From NCBI GenBank assembly GCA_905178155.1, contig CAJINV010000008.1, positions 3,167,303 to 3,231,302 of the forward strand: a stretch of DNA of 64,000 bases, in the 5' to 3' direction. Every line of letters starts with the position of its first letter. Positions within the stretch are counted from its first letter, which is position 1. A program made the position numbers and the translations under genes. This document shows, in pieces, positions 1-11,680 of this stretch. Below the pieces are notes generated by a model. That model did no database searches. It was not told the origin of the DNA and saw only the letters and a list, made by a program, of their open reading frames with translations. This DNA comes from Amoebophrya sp. A120 (lineage: Eukaryota; Protista; Dinoflagellata).

Positions 1-370
1 ACGCTGCGATTGGCCGGTCTGTTGTGACCGCAAAGGGTCTCGCTTTCGTGTTGTCGAAAGGGATGCACTCCGCCCGTGTTTGGCGTTGTCTCAGGCAATG
101 AAAGCGACGCGGCCTGTCTTGTCCGAGGCGACTCCTGTTGTTTGGCTTCCGCCCGGCATGGGGCACCCAGGGCGGACTGTTCTGCGTTGTGTCTTTGCGC
201 GTTTTTTTGCTAATCGTGATGCCATGAAATTGCGGCGCCCGTGTTTGCGCCCCCCTCGCCGTCGTCGGGGACGCGCCGCGGCGCGTCTCGCGTGCGGCCT
301 TGCCTCCTTCTGCTCGCCTGAGCTGTCTCGGCTTCCTTGCCTATCGCCCTTGCCTTGCGTTGCCCTGCCC

Positions 371-510
371 TTGGCCTGGTTGCCCTGGCTTGGTTGCCCT
401 TGGCTTGGTTGCCCTTGGCTTGGTTGCCCTTGGCTGGGCTGCCTTTGGCTTGGTTTCCCTTGGCTTGGTTTCCCTTGGCTTGGTTGCCCTTGGCTTGGTT
501 GCCCTTGGCC
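371..510. repeat. 15-bp minisatellite (TGGCTTGGTTGCCCT)n, about 9 copies
   Basis: Tandem unit is directly visible. It produces the repetitive ORFs in all frames at 80-634. Confidence 0.9.
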
Positions 511-2496
511 TGGTTGCTGGTGCTCATGCATCAGCCCGTCAGCTGTGCCATGCGTATCTATAACCAGGAAGGCTGCGAGTTTGTGTCCCGCCTGTGGTTG
601 TCTTGGTGCCCGACGTAACGAACTACGAGGCTAAGTCGTGCAGTGTCCGCATAATCTCCGTGGTGTGTCGTGATGGTGGGGCCAGCTGGCTGCTGTAGCA
701 GTCTAGAGCGGACAGATCAGCTACGACGCCCTTTAGTCAGCGGGGGAAAGAATGCGCAGCGGAAGCAATCACGGCAATGAAAGCCGTCCATTGCCGGGGA
801 CGATGACCATGAGCGCTTTCATTTTCACACCGCGGAAGCGGATAGGCAGAGTAATTAGAAGCTGGCGCCAGAAATTGGGGAGCGCAGCCGGTCCGGTACT
901 CTCGAAGGCGCTCGGGTTTGATACACCCGAACGCAGACAGGCTTGCTACCCGGCCTCAGGCCTCGGCGGGTCTGTCGCTCAGCGTCAGGCGGCCGGCCCC
1001 TGGCAAACTCGGGCAATTATATTCAAGGCAAAAAAGCAAGAATGCAGAAGCTGGGGCGGGCTGGGTTTTGTCGGTTTTGCGGCCTGTCAGGTTAGGGGTC
1101 GGTCCCGTTTTTCCGATTTCGCGCGAACGGCGCGCGGCGCCGAGGAAGGGGGGCGCGTGGCTCTGCCATCATTTTCATTTATTGGCCCTTTGGTTTCTGG
1201 GTGTTTTGTTTGGTCTTTTCCCAAGCGCAGTCACTCACGCCATGCGCCTTCTGTCCTTCCAATTCCGGGTCTCTTTTGGCCGGGCTTCGCCTCGGGTTGC
1301 AGCTCGGCAGAGGTTCTTAGACCGGGCGGCTGGGTTTCGCCGTGTGTGATTGTCAGGGCGGGGGCGACTTGTCGTGCTAGTGGGCTTGGTGCCTGTATAG
1401 GGATCGCCCCCGCCTGCCCAAGCGCCGGCACTTTCCCAGGGTTGCTTCGGAAGGCCGCCGGCGTTTGTTGTGGGTCGACAGGGGGCGGAGGTTGTTGTCT
1501 GGGGTTGCTTGAGAGTTGTGAAGAATGCCCAAAACAAAGCGGCAGCGGCCTTGGAATCCAGCATACCCTCGGGAATGCGTTCGCGCAACCTCTTCAGATG
1601 CTGCATCTAAAGCACTCCAATCACAGTGGGACTACACCGCTTGTCATACAAGTGCTGTCTCGCCAATCGCGGCGGCGCTGCGATTTTCTTTACCTCGCCC
1701 CAGTCTGTCAATCTCCTGGATGCCAATCAGAAAACGGCTCTGGGACAACTCATAGAGCCTATGCGGACCATCTTTCCCACTCACGCGAAGAGCCTCGGCC
1801 AAGCGCTCAGTACGATCCTCGTCGGTGCGATCAAGGACCAGGTGTTCGTGGTGTTCAAAATTGCTACAGCAGAGTTGGAGTCTGTTCCAGGCCTTAGTGT
1901 TCTGCTCGAACTCGCGACGCCAGTGCTCCACCAGTTCAGCGGCATCATCGCCAGCTCGCTCCTCTCGTATTTAGTAACAATCGGTGGTGAGTTGATGCTA
2001 GAGGAGGTAAGCACGGAAGCGATCGCCGCGGCGCAACAAGCGCTCGCCGAAACTGCAGAAAGCCGCGTCGCGGCAGAACAAGAACACTCAACGTTTCTCG
2101 CTTACTTGCAAGAGAAATTGGAAAAAGGCAGCAACACGCTTTTCCCCGACTCCTTAAGAGAAGAGCTGATGCAAGCACTTATCAACCACTGCCTACATAA
2201 ATCACACGAATTGTTCAAACCAGAAGCGAAGAGCTTTCTCCATACTGGGGCGCACGGCACTGCTGGCCTTGCGATGGTGCAACTGGGCTCGGCCGACACT
2301 GCAGCCGAGCATGTAGATCCACATGGAGATGCGGACGCGCCCCGTATCGACGATTTTCGCCGCGTGCGGTTCGCATCGGAAAAGCAGCCGACAATGCCCC
2401 TGCTGCTGCTGGCCAACAACATGACAGAGCCCCCTGTCTCTGCTCTTGACCTACAATTTTCCACCCACGACCACCGTATGATGAGCCCCGGGCCCC

Positions 2497-3867
2497 GGAT
2501 TTCTTTTGGATTTCTTCGGAAATTTTTTTTGCTTGTGGCCAACTTGCAAAACGAACGCGCCCCCGCTTCAACTACGAGCTGACATCCAGCGCGCCGTCAA
2601 GACCGCCGTCGGGCGGCTCGCTTGGCGAAGCCGGCTGGCCTGCTTGCTGCCAGGGTTTTCGCGACATCCCCCCGGACCGAAGCTGGGCACCCCAAGGTCT
2701 GGCGTTGTCAAAGTGCACGCATTGCACGCCCAGGCAACCGTGCGTGGGCCACTTCTCCAGGCGCGCCGGGAATGCGCGCGCGCGCAATGGTGCCAGGCAA
2801 CAGGGGAGGGGGGGGCACAATCGGCTGCCCCACTGCGGCTGCCATCCCAAGCTCAGGGGCGTGGCTGGGCGAGGCAGCTCAGGGGGCGGACGCCGAGGCG
2901 CTGGCGCCCGAATAAGATCTTTTCCAGAGCAGGGCCCACCCCATTCAAAGATATTCGCAACAACTCTAATCCAAAAGTCTCAAATCGAAATTTCAGAAGC
3001 TTTCGGAGCTCAGAAAAATGGCACTTTTCTGAGCTTCTGAATATCTTCTGAATAACTTCTGAAATTTGAAATCCGGATCAGCGACGTTGAAAAGAGTATC
3101 GTTTTTGCGGGCCTCTGAATATCTTTTTCGGGCGCCTCTGAATATCTTAGCGTCGACGCTATGGCGCGAAAAATAAAGAAGCTTCTTCTTGTCTTTTTTT
3201 CGCGCCTCTGATTGAATATCTTTTTTTCCGGCCACTGAATAACTTCCCGAAGATGCATGAGTATGCTTTTTCCACTTCGCTCCTCCCGAATGTATCCAGA
3301 AATGAGCTCACTGAGTACGTTTTTTTGGCTTAAAAAGTTGCGAACTTTTCAGCCAAGAACGATCTTCCGGGAACTCATCTCTGCGACATACCATGCCTGT
3401 GAGAAGTCCATGGCCTCCCCCCCTTGGTACGACATCACCCAGACGCCTGTCACAGACCATGCTTGGACTGCGCACGCGCAGGGCATGTTGGTGGACTCTG
3501 CGGCGCGACGGGGCGGCTGCCGGAAACCGCCGGCCCCTTCCCACGTGTGCGAGCAAGCCAGCGAGGAGGCCGGGGTCTTCATGTGAAGCAACATGGACGG
3601 GGACGCGTTTGGGCCTTGGCAGGCTTTACAAGCAACCAAAGATGTCCCGGGGGGGCCCTGAAGCCGCAGCTGGCCTCGGCCCTGCGGCGCCCCGCGATAG
3701 ACATGAGGCGGGCCCGTGGTTGCGCGGGGTGGGGTGCCAAGCGCGGGCCCGGCGCGATGCCCGGCGGGGGGCCTGGCGGAGGCACACGCCGGACGCCCCC
3801 GGCAATGCCCGGGCCGATCGGCTGCGTTAGTTTGCGAAAATTTTCGGAAGAAATCCGGAAGAAATCG
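2497..3867. mobile_element. Non-autonomous TIR element, ~1.4 kb, degenerate
   Basis: GGATTTCTTTTGGATTTCTTCGGAAATTTT at 2497 is an imperfect inverted copy of AAAATTTTCGGAAGAAATCCGGAAGAAATC ending near 3867. CTGAATA repeats lie inside at 2990-3250. Confidence 0.5.
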
Positions 3868-4258
3868 AGGCGCTTTTCCTCATCTATCAGCAAGAAAGCC
3901 GATGCCGGCACGTCGCACGGCGAGAAGGCGCTCACAGTCGTGTCTTGGGATGTCGTCCATAAGATGATTACAGCTTTCGAAAATGTGGGAAAAACGATAT
4001 CTGCTCATGTTTGGACTGAATTGAAAGACTCTGCGCAGCACCTATTTGAGAACTTCGTAGGGGTGGCGGTATCCGATGCCATGAGCGAAATCCGAGCTGC
4101 CTTGAGCGCGTTCTTCAGGGGCGTCGCCTCGGATACTCTGGCCACACATCTCGCAGAGCATCCATCTGGTAAGGAACTTGCGAAAAACAAAGGGGAGCAC
4201 CTTGCAGCCGAGGAGAGCATCAGAAGCGCCATCAATGGTTGCGATCTTACACCAGCCA

Positions 4259-5094
4259 CAGAATATATTAACTAGCAATATGACACATATCAACCAATAT
4301 GACACTTGGCAACGACAGCGCAGCGAAACGTCAAAACAGTAGCAGTATCGTGCTGTAGTATTGTCATATTGTCATATTGCATATTGATCGCGGGGGGCTC
4401 GCGCATGAAAATTGGTCCCGTCCGAGCTGCTTGCGGACTATGCGGTCATTAGGACCGCGCGCGCCGTTGTGCAGTTTGTGCAGATACCAACTAGGCGCCT
4501 CGTAGGTTTCTCGTCTCCGGAGCATGTTGACAACGCCCTGGCGCAGCGTTGGGCGCACTCCTGGCACGCTATTGCTGGCACAGGCGCTGTCTCTGCCATT
4601 AGCGGCTCGACTGCAAAGTCATGCACTAGGTTGCTTTTGGCGCAGCATCATCGGAAGTGCTTTCTCGGGAACTATTCCCGCGCCCGCCCGACCACCTGGC
4701 TAAATAGCTTAGTGCTGATTACAGTCTTTCTGCTTATGAGGGTAGCGCATCTAATCGCAGCGAATCTGTGTCAAACCACATTGATTCTTAAGCAGTTTCC
4801 GCGTGTTGGTCTCCTAGGGCTAGTAGGGGAATCGCGGCGACGAGTGGGCAGCCCGGGTGGAGTCCCTTCTTCGTAAAGGAGCAGCTGGGTGGCGGTGAGG
4901 CTATCGACCGTCGGGGGCGTTTTCGCGAACGAATTAGACGGGGGGCGAGGACGGTCTGTCATTGTCAGGTCATCTTTCGGTCCCCGAAGCCGATGGCTCC
5001 GGTCATATTGCTCAAAAATCAGTGGTCACATTGACAAGTTGCAGTATTGTCATATTGCTAAAAGTGCCAGAATTTTGCTAGTTAATATATTCTG
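4259..5094. mobile_element. 836-bp TIR element interrupting coding sequence
   Basis: Perfect 20-bp TIR CAGAATATATTAACTAGCAA / TTGCTAGTTAATATATTCTG, with subterminal CAATATGACA / TGTCATATTG repeats. Confidence 0.8.
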
Positions 5095-6529
5095 CAAGTG
5101 GAACCAAAAAGGCCATACAAAAGGCGACAGACGGACTTCGGAGCGCGATCGAAACGAACGTGATCCATAACACCTTCGACAACTTTGTGAAAAAACTACT
5201 CGGCTTGCTCGGGGTCGGGCAACACACGGCCGAGGGCAGCGCGGGCGGGACTCACCCTCACCAGCAGGGCCTGAAAGATTTGATACACACACTGCTCGAA
5301 AGCTTAATGGGCCACATAGAAACGCTAATGGGCATGCTCCATGGCGGCCATGGGCATAAAAGCGCTGCCGCGTTCCTGGAGCACAATGTGGCCGGCAGCC
5401 AGAGTGTGTACGTCGATGCGTTTGCGGAGCTTTCCAATGGCAGGGAGGACAAGAAGCATGGCCGCACTCTCCCCGACAGCGTCGTGCCTGGGGATGAGTT
5501 TTCGCCGGCGGCCACCGAGCCCGAGGATTTGGCTTAAGTAGCCTCTGTCGTCTGGGTGGTGGGCCCGGCAGGCGTTTACCTTGTTCCGCGGTTTTTGAGT
5601 GGTTTAACACATACCGAAGTAGAAATGCGTAGAATTATATCAATGAATATTTATTCCAAACAGTGGCCATGTTGGATGACGAGACGCGCCTCGGAGTTGT
5701 GAAACATCAGATGGATAGGCGCATAGACCGCAGCACTCGAGCAAGACTTCAGATCTTTTTGCACCTGCGGCCGGCTTCTTTCAAGAAGAACGCCGCTGCA
5801 AGACTACCACGGCGCCCCCGCACTATTGTTTTTACAGAAACGGATAGTTTTCATTTTATAAACAATACGAATCCTATTAGACCAGCATGAGCCTCGTCAT
5901 AATCCCATTGCTCGCATTGGTCGCCTCGTATTGACGTGGCGCCAGAACTCTCAAGATGGGGGGTGCAGTAGCTGGACCCGATTGATATGCCGCGTCTTCA
6001 TCGCGAACGGCGACGGTGTGGCACTATATCGCTTTCGATAGAAGATAGGGCTAGGGAAAAAAAAACGGGGCCGCGCATTCGGGCGAGTGATCTTTCAAGT
6101 CTAGGCGGGCGCTTTATGTTAGTGCTTAGGGCCCTAGCCATCTAGGCTGAAGTAGGGCGAATGAGGTTTGGCCCCACAGTCGTAGGCGGGCTTTTTGGAA
6201 TGGGGGCGCAATTCTAGATGAGGCGGGCCGCACGCGTAGACTAGCAGTAGGCTTAGGACGGAGGTGCTTCAGGCTCAAACTAACCTACCAGCGTGGGCAG
6301 TAGGCCGAGACGAGAAGCACTTCGCGCACTCTGAAGCAGCTGCGCGCTGTTTAATGATGACGCTGATAACAAACGGGAGGCGGAAGCAGCCGACGGCGGG
6401 CGCTCGTAGGGTGCTCGTATTGCTCAGATCGCTCGTGTTGGTCGCCTTGTGTTGATGATGATGACGCCAAAACCTTACAAAACCCTCTGCGTTACTGTAG
6501 TATCTGAATATTATAATTTTGAGTATGCA

Positions 6530-6885
6530 GCGGCCAACGGCCCGCATGAAACCGCAAGCGTTTTAATAGCACTCAAAAAACCATAAAAAAAAAACAGTCA
6601 GCAGCCCGCCCATTTTGCGCGTTTTGTTTTTCCGCGATATCTATCCACGCTAAGGAACAGTCTAAGGCTCAGTCTCGAACAGATTTAACTCGATCTATCC
6701 GCGCAGTGAATCAAGAGAAGCCCCAAAAGGAAATATCGGGCACCGCTGAAGTCGTCACAGGCTTCAGCTGTACAGCCACGGCGCAATCGCTCTCGTTGTT
6801 GTGGGACAACTTGGAGTAGCTCTCTTGTTGGTCATGAGATCAGAACCTCCGCCCTACTTGTGGCAGTGGTGCTCAACGTCAAGCG
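6530..6885 (+). repeat. Diverged copy of ~10850-11185
   Basis: Shared blocks such as GCATGAAACCG, GAAATATCGGGCACCGC and CTTCAGCTGTACA. Confidence 0.75.
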
Positions 6886-8684
6886 GTTGCACCTGCATGC
6901 ACGCTACTCCATGAAAACCGCTAGCGTTTTGCGATTATCAGGCTGATTGCACGTAGACGGCGACAGCCTCTCGCATGACTGGGCGTTACGGCATTACAAT
7001 ACATGGCCGGGCAGTAGTTAAAGCCCCGCGAGCCTGTGGTCCGAGGTGGAAGTGTGCCGGCCTTAATCTCTACGCCGCTCGGACTTCAGTTTCGCGGGCG
7101 GTCTTTGGTAGAAAGCACCTGGCTACGATTTCCGACGGAGAAGTGGCAGCCCGTATCGTTTCGCCTTTTTCTTAGGGGCCCAACAGGCGCCACGCAGTTT
7201 CTCTTCCTCGATCCTTGGTAGCTAGCATCGCCGCTTCGGGATGCCTGTTGTCACGTTCGTCGCCCCTTCGATCCGCTGCTCCGTCACCAGCCCGACAACA
7301 CAAGTTCGGCCCGGAAAGGTTTAGGACTCTAGGCTGCAGAGTTTTGTTTTAGGAATTCGAATTTAGGATATCCACTCTCGTGCTTATCGGTGTGTATACG
7401 GACAAGCGTGCTCGTCGGCGTCACTTTTAGGTCTCAGAAAGTGTAAGTGACGCCCCGACGGTTTAGCTGAGGCGTCTGCCATGCACGATTAGGCCGGGTT
7501 TAGCCCGAGGACGTACCAGTGGCACGTCCCCGAGCATTGCTTCCGGCAGTGTGACAGAATTGTGATTCAGACCCTGGCGTCCGGAGCCGGACGGCTTATT
7601 TGTGGCGATGGCCCGTTTCGGTCAGTGCTTCTGGACGTCGTTTGTCCTGGTGAAACTTGGCCGAGATTCAAACTGCAGACTCTGGCCAGACCTATCGCGA
7701 GGCAGCCTTTTGGCCCTGCCTGTCTCGCGCGTTCTACCTAGATTCTTCTTTCAGTTTTACGGGGCTGATAAGATATGGCCGCAGTGGCTAGATGTTGCCC
7801 GGGCCAGTTTCGACATCTCTGGCCCTCCTTCGTTGGGTTTGCTCTGTAGGTGGGGTCGAATGTCAACAGACCCACCGGACCCCGTGCCCGCTCGTGTGTC
7901 GCCTTTCCTTCGCCCACCCCGGCCGCATGAGGCCGCTCTGTCTCCGCCGCATTAGGCGGGGTCCCAGGTCTTGACACTTTGGCCCCTTACCTTTTAACTA
8001 GAAGGCCTCGCTGAGCCGCCGGCGTTCCCAGCTAGTCGAAGAACGTAGCGCCGGACGCGAGTTGCGCGAAAGTGAGACAGACCGAGAGCTTTGGGACCGA
8101 TGCTCGCGCGCACGGATGTCTGTGCAGACGGTTTCTCTTCGTTGTTGATGAACAACCAAAAACCAACTGCGACCCTTGTGAGCCCTAGGAAGGAGACAGA
8201 ACGTCTGCGCCTTCAGACCGGTGCCCTGTTGGCTGTAAAGCGCTAGCGCTGGGCGCGCAGCTATTATCCATTTTCCGCGCTGCATTTGTTGCAGCTGTTC
8301 AGGCGCGCAAAAGTGGCCCGCACCTCCCCCACTTTGCGTTCGATATGTTCTAGCACTAGCCCTGCGCACAGCTTGCCCCCTAATAACACACCTGAAGGGC
8401 TTCGGCTTTCGTTGGCCATGTGTGCGCTTCTTTCTATTCTTTGGCGCTAAAACGGGCGGTGAAACGGTATCTGGTGTGCAGAAGTGTTCCACACGTCTGC
8501 AGATATTCTCACTGCCCTCTCTTGGATTACTTAGCAGTATGTGGGAGGATTTTTCCCGCTCACCTTAAGAAGCGCGCGCGCAGTTCTATTCTTCGGCGCC
8601 GAGTGATGCCAGGGAGCGTCTTCCGGATATTGTGGCGGACCTGTGCCTGTTGTTTGTTAGTTTCATTTGTTGCGTAGGATGCTC

Positions 8685-9216
8685 AGAGATTTATATAAGC
8701 AATGCGACTCGCATTGATCGCAAAACCGGCCGCGGTTTGTCGCATTGCTCGCAATGCTCGCATTGCTCGCAAATCATTGGCGCCCGCCAGCAGTTAGGTG
8801 TGTGGCGATAGAGCAAGGGCCTTACCGGTGGGATTCGATCGCGAATTACCCGACGGGAAGCTGGCCTGGATATGCAGGCTGTAGTGGTCTTGCCCTCGTT
8901 TTTTTCTTTGGAAAAATAGTGCTGAGGGTTAGTAGACGTTTTCTTTTTCTCGAGCGCAGAAACAGAAACAAACCCAGACACAAGCGACGGTCTTCGCGCG
9001 GCCCGTTGGTTTGAGGTCAGGTTAGGACTAGGGCGGGCAGCCTGCTGAAGTGCGGCCCAATAGTGGACATACGCTCACGAAGTCGCGAAGAGTTGTTGCA
9101 AGAGTTGCGACAGGTCCGCGCGCCCGCGACTCGCAAGCCGTCGCATCCGTGTCGCATTGGTCGCATTGCTCGCATTGCTCGCAAATCATTGCCGGAGTTT
9201 CCTTATATAAATCACT
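8685..9216. mobile_element. Non-autonomous DNA transposon (MITE), 532 bp
   Basis: TIR AGAGATTTATATAAG / CTTATATAAATCACT. Direct repeat GGATGCTC at 8677-8684 and 9217-9224. TCGCATTGC arrays near both ends. Confidence 0.75.
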
Positions 9217-9470
9217 GGATGCTCCTCGCGTCCACCGACTTGAAGCGCACTAGCGCGGGCCCCCGAAGGGCCGGCGGCCGCGATTTTTTCGCTCGCATTT
9301 CTCAGCGCAGCCGGTGGGCTGCACTAGCGCCCGTTTCCGGAGGGTCCGCGGCTTTTTCGATTTTAAAAGCCAACCCGACCGCGGGGCGGGGCCGGCGGGC
9401 CCGAGACGACAACAACGAGCCCAGCCGGCCCCCGAAGGGCCCGCGCTCGGGCTCGTATTAATAAATAATT

Positions 9471-9799
9471 GTGGGGTAATAAATTAATCGCTTAAGTTAC
9501 CGGGTAACTTAGCGTCCGGCCGGCCGCCGGAAGCTAAGTTACCCGGTTCCCAGCCGCCAGCCCCGGAGAACGGAGCGGTCCGATCCGCTGGAACGGGCTG
9601 GCGGCTGGGAACCGGGTAACTTAGCGTCCGGCCGGCCGCCGGAAGCTAAGTTACCCGGTTCCCAGCCGCCAGCCCCGGAGAACGGAGCGGTCCGATCCGC
9701 TGGAACGGGCTGGCGGCTGGGAACCGGGTAACTTAGCGTCCGGCGGCCGGCCGGACGCTAAGTTACCCGGTAACTTAAGCGATTAATTTGTTACCCCAC
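9471..9799. repeat. Multi-hairpin palindromic cassette: outer stem enclosing hairpins A-B-A-B-A', period 112 bp
   Basis: 9471-9531 is a near-perfect reverse complement of 9739-9799. CCGGGTAACTTAGC recurs at 9500, 9612 and 9724. Confidence 0.95.
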
Positions 9800-9874
9800 T
9801 TATAGTTGGAGCGATTTATAGCCAGTGTGTTTGTTCCTGTTGCTCCTGCCCTAAATGTTGAGCGCCCGCTATTT

Positions 9875-10325
9875 TGTTTCTTCGAAGGCGAGCAAGATGA
9901 CGAGACCCCAAGTCACATACTAGTGCGACGCTGTGACTTTTTTCGTTAGTTTGAGGAGGACAAGCACAGACCCAAGTTCCGCCACACCAAAGCTTTCAAA
10001 CAAGTTTTCGTCTTCAAAAAAGCGCAGGGCACACAGGCTCCAGCAGCGCTGCAGCTTAGAGAAAAGCGAGAACCTGGAATGTAGCAGAGTAGAAATGAGA
10101 AAAAAAAGCAAGCAAAAAAAAGCCAGCTCCTCCAAGCCAGTAGCGCTACTCTTTTTCGTAGCAATTCTATTTTTTCTTCTCGAAGTAGACTAAGACAATT
10201 TTTCAAGCCTTTTTTTATCAAGCAGCCAGCGACGGCATCTATCTTGTAGAGTTGTAGACCTTCAACCTTAAGACTTTTACATCAATGCTTTCGCTTTACC
10301 AGTTCAGTTTTTCTCTGGAACCGGC
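9875..10325 (+). repeat. Diverged copy of ~11190-11680
   Basis: Shared CTAGTGCGAC and GCACAGGCTCCAGCAGCGCTGCAGCTTAGA blocks. Confidence 0.8.
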
Positions 10326-10849
10326 TCAGAGCGGGGGCTCCTCTGTCGAGCTGCTTTGTTTAAATTTGGAATCGGACGAGAGTGGACGGGCAATGACATT
10401 TGGACCTCGGGAGGACGAGGTTTTTGTTTGATGAAGTTTGCAACGTACAAGGAGTAATTTGAAAATTTGCGGTAAGACCGCCATCACGGGACCACCTGCA
10501 AGTCCCGCTGACGTCTCGGACATTCAGAATCAATAAACTTTAAATTGCAATCGTGAAAAGATCAGACGCTTCGAATGAGCATCAGTTGAAATTTTTGGAA
10601 AAATTATGCGACATCATATCACCGCGGCGGACTTAGAAGTATTTCGTGGCTGTTCGTCGTCTTCTTGCGGTGTTGTCTTGCCAGAGTGTGGTGGCAGTGT
10701 TGTCGTCGGTGTCTACGTGGATAATCCCCTAGAAGATGCGTGATGATGTGGGCGTTGTGTGCGCCCGCGGTGTGGCTTGATTCAATAGGACAGCCACTAT
10801 CACGACGACACCCCCGCGCTATTAATTTAAACGGATATAGCAATCAATA

Positions 10850-11680
10850 TCAACGGCCTGCATGAAACCGAAAAGCGCGTCTAAGTAGCAGTCGACAGGT
10901 CGGAAATGAAAACAGTCATCAACAGCGCGGAACACCTTGTGCGTTACGCTTTTCAGCGATAACGATATGCATTGAGTCTATATCTAGGGAAGCCTCAGAA
11001 AGAAATATCGGGCACCGCGGAAGTCGAATAGACTTCAGCTGTACATCCACGGCGCCACCGCTCTCGCTGCTGTCTGTGCTTTGTTGTATTGAATACCAGG
11101 ACAAATAATTGGAATAGCTCTGCTGCTGGTTATGTGATCAGAACGCCCCCTCCTCTTTGCGGCAGGTGTGCTCATCAACGTCCACCACTGTTTCTCCGAT
11201 GCCGAACAAGATAACGAGACTCTAAGTTCCATGCTAGTGCGACACTTTGACTTTTTTCGTTGGTTTGAGGAAGATAAGCTCAGAATCAATCGAGTTCAAC
11301 CACGCCAAGGCTTTCAAGAAGTACTTATTCCCTTTCCGAAAGCGCAAGATGCACAGGCTCCAGCAGCGCTGCAGCTTAGACAAAAACAACTCCAAGGAAC
11401 GTAGCAGAGTTGTAGAAAATGAAAAAAGTATGTAAAAAGAAGAACAAAAAAAGCCAATTCCATCAAGCTAGTAGTACTACTCTTTTTCGTAACAAGCCTA
11501 CTTTTTTCTCAAAACAGAGCCAGACCATTTTTCGAGCAATTTTTTTTTCGAGCAATTTTTGTTTCATTAGATTAGGAAGCGAGGATATTCATCTTGTAGA
11601 GGAGACTTTCAACTTTTAGATTTTTACAGCAAGCTTTTCGCTTTGCTAGTTCGGCTGTTTTCAGAAACAGGCTAAGAGTG
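10850..11680 (+). repeat. Contiguous copy of a degraded repeat or pseudogene whose two halves also occur at ~6530-6885 and ~9875-10325
   Basis: Colinear similarity to both fragments. Reading frames are broken by stops and indels. Confidence 0.65.

Larger units (their letters stand above)
1626..5537 (+). pseudogene. Interrupted, probably degraded gene for an alpha-helical protein of unknown function (coding blocks ~1626-2344, ~3889-4258, 5095-5537)
   Basis: Three protein-like blocks are separated by inverted-repeat inserts. Removing 4259-5094 joins ...TPA-TSGTKKAIQKATDGLRSAIETNVIHNTF in frame. The 5' part (1520-1700) appears frameshifted. Confidence 0.45.

Noticed and set aside
80-634. Overlapping ORFs with PWLGC / QGQPS / AKGNQ repeats
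   Set aside because: These are translations of a 15-bp minisatellite that is open in all frames. Nothing else supports a protein.
752-1897. 381-aa ORF
   Set aside because: GC-rich, Cys/Gly/Arg-rich translation with no recognisable domain, overlapping a more protein-like frame.
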